NCBI RefSeq assembly: GCF_001194135.2 | Contig: NC_068982.1 | Location: 47,901,436 to 47,957,426 of the forward strand | Direction of reading: 5' to 3' | DNA length: 55,991 nucleotides | From: Octopus bimaculoides | Lineage: Eukaryota | Part shown: positions 48,665-55,991 of the stretch, one piece after another | Position numbering within the stretch: position 1 is the first letter of the stretch | Layout: every line of letters starts with the position of its first letter | Translations under genes and position numbers: made by a program | The notes under the pieces: model-generated | What the model saw: only the letters and a program-made list of their open reading frames with translations | Databases searched by the model: none | What the model was told of the DNA's origin: nothing

Positions 48665-49355
48665 AGAAGACTAGGCAAGCCAAGTGAGATCATAGCTGTA
48701 GCTGATGTCAGTGTCGCATAACTGGTCCATTTAAAAGTACCCTTCAATCACTGGGTAACATGCCGTGCTTGTGAAGACCTGATAAACCAAGCGAAATCAT
48801 AGTTGTAGCTGATGCCAGTGCCACCTGACAGGCACCAGTGCCAGTAGCATGTAAAAAGCACCATTTGAGTATGTCAAATGCCAGTGCTGCCTGACTGGCT
48901 CCCATACTGGTGGCACGTAAAAAGCACCATTCAAGCATGACTGATACCAGTGCTGCCTGACTTGCACCTGTGCCAAGGGAACATAAAAAGCACCATTTGA
49001 GCATGGTTGATGCCAGTGCCGCCTGACTGGCTCCTATGCTGGTGGCACATATAAAGCACCATTCAACTGTGACTGATGCTAGTGCCACCTGACTGACACC
49101 TGTGCCAGTTGCATGTAAAAAGCACCATTCGAGTGTGGTTGATGACAGTGCCACCTGACTGGCTCCCCTGCCAGTGGCATGTAAAAAGCACCCACAACAA
49201 TCTCAGTGGTTGGTATTAGGAAAGGCATCAGGCTGTAGAAACCTTGCCAAATCAGATTGGAGCCTGGTGCAGCCTCCCAGCTTGCCAGTCTTTAGTCAAA
49301 CTGTCCAACCCATGCCAGCATGAAAAGTGGGAGTTAAACGACAATGATGATGATG
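48665..49355 (+). mobile_element. RTE-family 3' UTR copy containing a 66-bp tandem array
   Basis: Family terminus at 49200-49355; array upstream. Confidence 0.85.
48808..49193 (+). repeat. Six-unit 66-bp minisatellite with alternating A/B units
   Basis: (G/A)TAAAAAGCACC anchors at 48851, 48917, 48983, 49049, 49115 and 49181. Confidence 0.95.
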
Positions 49356-49499
49356 AATCAAGAATTGAAAACTAGATAGTATAATTGCATTCTTTAACTA
49401 AACAAAGCACATGCTTCTGTATGATTCTATTTACATAGCTGGGAAATATATATGACAATTCTAATATATAAACTATGTGAATACATCTATGATACAGTT

Positions 49500-49800
49500 C
49501 TCCCAATATAGGAGAAACTCTATCAAGGGCCAAACAAGAAACTCTACAGATCTGAGATCACCCTGACCTTCCAAAACACAATCCCTTGCCCAACTGTTGT
49601 TCTCCAATACACAAATTCCTTCACACTAACCATGTCTACCACTGTCACTAACCGTTTGACAAATTCATGGGGAGAAAGTACTTCTCTCACCAACCTCACT
49701 TTCCTTTTGAAGTGGAATTTAAAAAATCCAATGAGAGTTTGACCAAAGAGGAATGTGTGCTCAATTCTTTTAGCCTTGTCCACCACACAACCTCTTTCAA
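49500..49800 (-). mobile_element. L1/Tx1-type LINE ORF2 C-terminal remnant
   Basis: KEVVWWTRLK then FLFGQTLIGFFKFHFKRKVRLVREVLS..FVKR (frameshifted). Resembles the ends of Tx1-type ORF2. Confidence 0.55.
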
Positions 49801-50084
49801 ATAATCGTTTCTAGCATAAGCATAAGGCCTGAAATTTTTGAAAGGTGGTGGGGGTTAGTTGATTACCTGTACAGTAGCACCTAATAGTTTCTTTGTTTTA
49901 TCAGTCTCAGTGGATTGAAAGGCAAAGTCGATCTTAATGAATTTGAACTCAGAACAAATGGTGCAAGGCATTTTATCTGAGGCTTCAATGATTCTGCCTA
50001 TCCACTAGTCTTAATAATCATTCCTTATTTTGATACAATGCCAGCAAATCTGAGGTGTGGTGAAGTCAATTACATCAACTATTT

Positions 50085-50142
<58 letters not shown>

Positions 50143-50160
50143 CAACAATAATAACAGTCC

Positions 50161-50373
50161 TTTCTTCTATAGGCACAAGTCTTGAAATTTTAGGCAAGGG
50201 GGCCCAGTTGATTAGATCGACTCCAGTACACAACTGGTATGTAACTTATCGACCCTGAAAGGATGAAAAGCCAAGACGACATCAACAGAATTTGAACTCA
50301 GAACATAACAAAGGGCGAAATACTGCTAAGCATTTCCCCCAGCATGCTAACGATTCTGCCAGCTCACCACCTT
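50161..50373 (-). mobile_element. SINE family A, full length
   Basis: Reverse complement of the family A head, body and tail. A second diverged copy lies at about 49810-50070. Confidence 0.88.
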
Positions 50374-50374
50374 A

Positions 50375-50517
<143 letters not shown>

Positions 50518-50786
50518 AATAATCGCAACAACAACATATAGAAAGTTGTTGATGCTTACATTTCATCTTCCATTCAAATACATTTCTGTTAACAATGGAT
50601 TTTGAAAAGGCTACGTATCGAGATTATTAAATAGCAATAGTTATTATTGTGATGACAAATGATCTATGATAAATTATAGAGACTAAGTTTTTGTTGCTAT
50701 AAATACCGATGATTTGATTAATTCTTAACAAAGACAAGATAAATTAGTGTTAAATCTGTCTGTATGTCAATGTGGGTATGTATGTA

Positions 50787-50818
<32 letters not shown>

Positions 50819-50891
50819 AGTGAATATAAGAAATTGTCTATGTTTGTTAGTATGTACATAGATATATGTATATGTGTATGTGCATATGTGT

Positions 50892-50931
<40 letters not shown>

Positions 50932-50983
50932 ATGTGTTTGTGTGATGCAGGTGCTTGCATATATTATATATAATATATATACT

Positions 50984-51048
<65 letters not shown>

Positions 51049-51193
51049 TAATATTAACAATAATAATAACAATAATCATAAACAAAAATAATAAAAGACA
51101 AGACAAGACAGACCATTATAGTTGATAAGGGAAATCATTTGTAACTTCAGAGAGATGTCATGGCAATTATCTTAATATCGTTTCTCTTGCTTT

Positions 51194-51230
<37 letters not shown>

Positions 51231-51393
51231 TCTTGTTTACTTCTTTCGACTTCTTCTGAGAAATATTTTAAACTTGGAATAACAGAACAAGGAATTGCAA
51301 TAAATATTTCAAGAATACAGAAAGGAAAAGATAATATGCTTTGTGAGTGGACTTGATAGGTAGAAACTAAAAAAAATCCATTGTGTATGTATG

Positions 51394-51439
<46 letters not shown>

Positions 51440-51767
51440 TATATATGTATGTTTGTGTGTGTGTGTGTATATATATATATATCTATATATATATATATAT
51501 AAAAAACACACACACACACACACAGATATATAGGTTTCATGTTAAGAGAAGTAGAAAAATATCCTAGTGTCTTAACAATTTTGTTCGCCTCCATTTTGGA
51601 AATCACAGCCAATATGTATATACATCTACATATATTATGTGTATGTGTGTGTATATATCTACATATACGCACATGCGCACACATACACATACATATACAC
51701 ACACATATGTATATGTGTGTATGTATGTGTGTGTGTGCACATAAATATATATATATATATTTATATA

Positions 51768-52943
51768 TTGGGTCATCCTATGAATAATGCGATTTTTTAA
51801 TACTTTTATTTTTCAAAATTAAGATAAACAAAGTTCTTTTCAATCTAAACTATATTCTCCTGCATTTTCTACAATGCTTTTCCATCTATCTGGTAGACTT
51901 GCAAGGCCCCTTTTTCAAAATTCACTTGTCCTTGACAAATAATGCTCCTCAAGTACTGTTTTGACCTCATCTACAAAATTCATGTTTTTCCGTCCAAAGG
52001 ATTTTGAAGACAGTGGAATAAATGATAACCAGAAGGGGAAATGTCTGGCAAATATGGTGGGTGGGGCATCGTTTCCTACTCAAACTGCTCCAGTCTTTAG
52101 AATGTTATCCTCTTTGTTATTATTTGGTTTGGATTTAAAAGTTCAAAGTGGACTAAACTTTTCATATCCCACCAGACAGATGACAACACCTTACGTGAGT
52201 GAAGACCTTCCTTAGCCTGGGATACCAGTGTTTCTTCTTTCACTACTCACTGTCTTCGGTGCTCAACATTTTTTATAAAGAACCTATGTCTCATCACTAG
52301 TCACTATTCAATCCAAAAATGAACTATTCAGGTTCATTCATGAGATGTGACAGCAAAAGAGAGCACAAATTCACTCTCTGTGTGCAATTAGACTCGAAAA
52401 ATTTGTGAGGAACCCATCAACCCAATTTACTGACTTTTCTGATGACACACAAGTGTCAATGAATGGCTGAATGACCCAATCCAAGCTTCTCTGCTAGTTC
52501 CTCAATGGTTAAAATGGGATTTTGTTCCACTAGGGTTTGCAGGACATCCTTATCGTGCTTTACAGATCTTGCAGGACAAGGCTCGTCTTCTAAGCTGTAG
52601 TTTGTGGCTCAGAATTTCTGGAACCACAGTTGATACTGGCTTACGCTTATTGTCCGATCCCCATATACTACATTAATATTCCTTGCACTTTCTGTTCCAT
52701 TGTTGTCTTTATTGAGCTCATAAAGCAAAATATGCCAAATATGCTCCTTTGTCACTTCCATTATAGTTTTGATAAACTGACTGTTAAAATCAAAGTGCAC
52801 TCTTCAAAACTTGCACTAAGAATAAGGACAAGCTAAAATTACTACCTGCTCTTATAGCAAGTTGATGCAGGTAGTTTATCCCATTCCCCTCCGACTTTTA
52901 GTTTATGCAATTGAAAAAACTGCATTATATATGTGATGACCCA

Positions 52944-52944
<1 letters not shown>
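51768..52944 (-). mobile_element. Mariner (DD34D) element with both TIRs, internally deleted and non-functional
   Basis: TIRs TTGGGTCATCCTATGAATAATGCG / TGCATTATATATGTGATGACCCAA in TA context. N-terminus MEVTKEHIWHILLYELNK..VYGD..WFQKF; IVTSDE; PPYLPD. About 115 bp around the DNARPH motif is missing relative to the second copy. Confidence 0.92.
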
Positions 52945-52988
<44 letters not shown>

Positions 52989-53349
52989 CATATATGATTG
53001 GCGTTTTCCAGTTTTTGTCTATCAATCCACTCACAAGGCTTTAGTCAGCCTGGGACAGTATTTGAAGACACTTGCCCAAGGTGCCTTGCAGTGAGACTGA
53101 ACCTGTAACCATGTGATTGGGAAACAAGCTTCTTAACAGTACCACCACTGAATGTCAAATTTCTTCAAATCCTCCAACTTATTCTTACAAGGAAAGAAAT
53201 TATGACACAAAAGAAATTCTGTTTGTTTATGAGTTACATGATGATAATTTTAGCTATTGATGATGAAATAAAGTAAACAGATTCAGAAAATTTGTCTAAC
53301 ACATACGAACAGATATGGCTATTCAAAGATTCTAACTGGGGAAATTTAA

Positions 53350-53560
53350 CACTTTAGCATTCACATTATCCTGTTAAAAGTAATGCTTCTTTCTTCACAT
53401 TGTTTTGAATTAATCATGCATTATCTTGTAGCAATGAGGTAACTGTTAATTTTTTTAGAATAACATTGTAAGGTAGGTGTGAGAAACCACATCTGGCTAG
53501 TTTGAACATAAAATAGGTGGAATATTTTGGCTGGATATGGCAGGATTAAATGCTAAAGAG
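53350..53560 (+). mobile_element. piggyBac-like MITE with TTAA TSD
   Basis: TTAA|CACTTTAGCATT ... AATGCTAAAGAG|TTAA. Confidence 0.85.
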
Positions 53561-54379
53561 TTAACAGTTGGATAGGATTATCCATATGTTACCAAGCAAT
53601 TATTTATTCAGGAATAAATTCCTGCTAGTTACTGTTTCATTCTTTGTCAGTTCTTTTATACTCTGCTGCCAAATCACTGGATTTATAACCTGTGCATGGT
53701 ATTTTTAAACTGAAATGTCACTACATTATGAAAAAATATAATTGTGACTCGATGTTTTCTGGTCAAACTATTATCTTATTGTTTATCAGACTTTAATTAT
53801 CTCTAACAATTACAAACTTCTCTCTCTATCTTCAAAATCTTGACAACTCGAGCTTCATTTCTAATCTATTTTCAGTGTTTTAGTCATAATAAATTTCCAT
53901 GGTTTTGTTAAAGGAAGTGTTATAATTTATTCTTTTGCCTGCTAATTTACATATTAGTTCTGTTTCTCTTTCTTATCTCTAGCATATCTTAAAAATTCCA
54001 ACCAAAACCGAGAGCTGTTTTGTGATTAATCAAGAGACTTTTGGTTGCATACATATTCACAAATATTTTCAAAAACATATGCAAAAGATTGTGAAATACT
54101 TCATTGTCTGCCTGAATTAGTATCCTGGAAAAGTGATATGCTTCAGATGAACTAACTAAATGTTAAGCGATAATCAATATTACAATTTAAAATAGGAAAG
54201 AGAAACAAGCCTAAACCATGTATTTAGATAAGTGGCTGTTGATGACATTTCTAATTACATGAAAAAATATCTGCCAGTCCCTGCCAGTCTCCTGAATTAA
54301 AGAACAGTAAGTGATAAATATGTGCTTTATAAATTCCATCAGTGTACCTGTCTCATTTTTGTCAGTAAAATGATACTTT

Positions 54380-54580
54380 GTATTAAAACCAGTCACAGCC
54401 AGCCCAGATATTCTACCTGTGCTATGTTCAAACCATCTAGATCTGGCTCTCACACCTACCCTACAATGTCATTCTAAAAATAAACAATCACATCATTGAA
54501 ATCTTCAAGCTATGAGATAATGCATGATTAATTCAAAAAGCACTACATTTGGCAGAGTAATCTGAATGCTAAAGGGTTAG
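54380..54580 (-). mobile_element. piggyBac-like MITE
   Basis: Ends AATGCTAAAGGGTTA; homologous to 53350-53560. Confidence 0.8.
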
Positions 54581-54734
54581 TTTTGTTTTAGCGGTCAAAT
54601 TCCATTCTGAAAGATCCATCATTCACCCACTAAATGTCAGTAGTAAATTCTGGTAAATTTAGTCAACTAGATCTCAAAAAAAAAAAAAAGAAAAATGATA
54701 AAAGAAAAGGGACAATATTTATTTCTTACTAATG

Positions 54735-55425
54735 TGCTGTCATGTTTCATGAATGACCCTTTTTTGAACTGAATAGTGACTAGTGATGAGAAATGGGCTC
54801 CCTATAAAAATGTCAAGTGCCGAAGACAGTGATAGGGAAAGGAGAAACATCTGCATACCACGCTGAAGAAAGTCTTCACCCACTTAAGGTGTTGTTATCT
54901 CTTTGGTGGGATATGAAAGGTTTAATCCACTTCGAACTTTTAAACCCAAACCAAACGATAACAAAAGAGATCTACTGCGAGCAGCTTGAGTGACTTAAGT
55001 CAACACTAGAAGAAAAACGACCATCTTTGGTTTCAAGACAAAAAGTGTTCTTCCATTAGAATAATGCTCGGCCACATACAGTGAGGATGACATTCCAAAG
55101 CTTGGAGCAGTTAAAAAGGTAAACGATGCCCCACTCACCATATTCGCTGGACATTGTCCCATCTGATTATCTTTTATACTACAATCTTCAAAATCATTTG
55201 GATGGGAAAAACTTGAATTCTGTAGATGAGGTCAGAACTGTACTGGAGGAGTATTTTTCGTCACGGACAAGTGAATTTTGGAAGAGGGGCCTTACAAGTC
55301 TACCAGACAGATGGAAGGGCATTGTAGAAAATGAAGTACATTTTAGATTAAAAAAGAACTTAGTTTATTTTAATTTTGAAAAATAAAAGAAATATAAAAA
55401 ACGTATTATTTATGGGATGACCCAT
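54735..55425 (+). mobile_element. 5'-truncated mariner (DD34D) of the same family
   Basis: IVTSDEKW; KVLLSLWWDMKG; FH*NNARPH; PHSPYSLDIVPSDY; 3' TIR ATTATTTATGGGATGACCCAT followed by TA. Confidence 0.92.
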
Positions 55426-55559
55426 TACAGACATACATACACACATACACACATACATACATACATACATACATACATACATAAAGACATACATACATGC
55501 ATATACATACATACATTCATAGATAGATAGATAGATAGATAGACAGATAGATAGATAGA

Positions 55560-55878
55560 ATGACCATGGGATTGCACCTAGAAAGTTCCCTTCTGAAGCA
55601 CAAGTCTAGGTAAGGTTGTTTATGGAAGACTAGCAGTCACCCGTGAATGCAAGCCTCTCCTCTCCATGCCACTGATGTTATCCAAATCCAAATCCAAAGG
55701 AAAAGCAAAGGCTGATACAGCTTGGCACCAGTGACGTCACAACTCATTTCTCCAGCTAAGTGAACTGGAGCAATGTGAAATAAAGTGTCTTGTTCAAGAA
55801 CACAACACACATTCTGGTCCAGGAATCGAACTCACTACCTCAAGATTTTGAGCCTGACACTTTAACCAATGAGCCATA
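55560..55878 (-). mobile_element. tRNA-derived SINE family D (V-domain-like motif)
   Basis: Minus strand has A-box TGGCTCATTGG, B-box GAGTTCGATTCC, then TGTTGTGTTCTTGAACAAGACACTT..TTGCTCC. Confidence 0.75.
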
Positions 55879-55896
55879 CATATATGCATATATCCA

Positions 55897-55991
<95 letters not shown>

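Noticed and set aside
48744-49154. 136-aa ORF with a 22-aa Cys/Trp repeat
   Set aside because: It is the antisense reading of the 66-bp array. A period divisible by three makes such an ORF likely without selection.
48808-49193. CRISPR-like regularly spaced repeats
   Set aside because: Units are contiguous and homologous along their whole length with no unique spacers. The context is eukaryotic and there are no cas genes.

Overview
This is AT-rich, repeat-saturated eukaryotic DNA with ten N-gaps. The SINE set and the (GAT)n/(AAT)n/(CA)n microsatellite load point to an octopus genome, intronic or intergenic (inference). I found no intact protein-coding gene, rRNA, true tRNA or CRISPR array. 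Nearly all long ORFs in the track are artefacts of N-gaps or simple repeats. The window is a layered transposon record. (i) Two young 5'-truncated RTE-clade LINEs carry a C4HC3 PHD finger inside ORF2, and about a dozen 3'-tail-only copies occur, one with a 66-bp dimeric tandem array. (ii) Remnants of three different restriction-like-endonuclease (RLE) retrotransposon clades are present: R4/Dong (seven fragments, mostly embedded in (AAT)n tracts), CRE-like and HERO-like. (iii) There are decayed L1/Tx1 LINE pieces. (iv) DNA transposon relics include two DD34D mariners, one DD37D maT, two hAT types, and piggyBac-like and hAT MITEs. (v) At least five tRNA-derived SINE families are represented. (vi) There are several long hairpins or inverted repeats and a degenerate interstitial TTAGGG array. 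A few minus-strand exon-like segments may belong to a host transcript but are weakly supported. I cannot support a wholly new biological system. The most promising leads are the microsatellite-embedded R4/Dong clusters, the PHD-bearing RTE with its variable hairpin array, and the unclassified long-inverted-repeat element.
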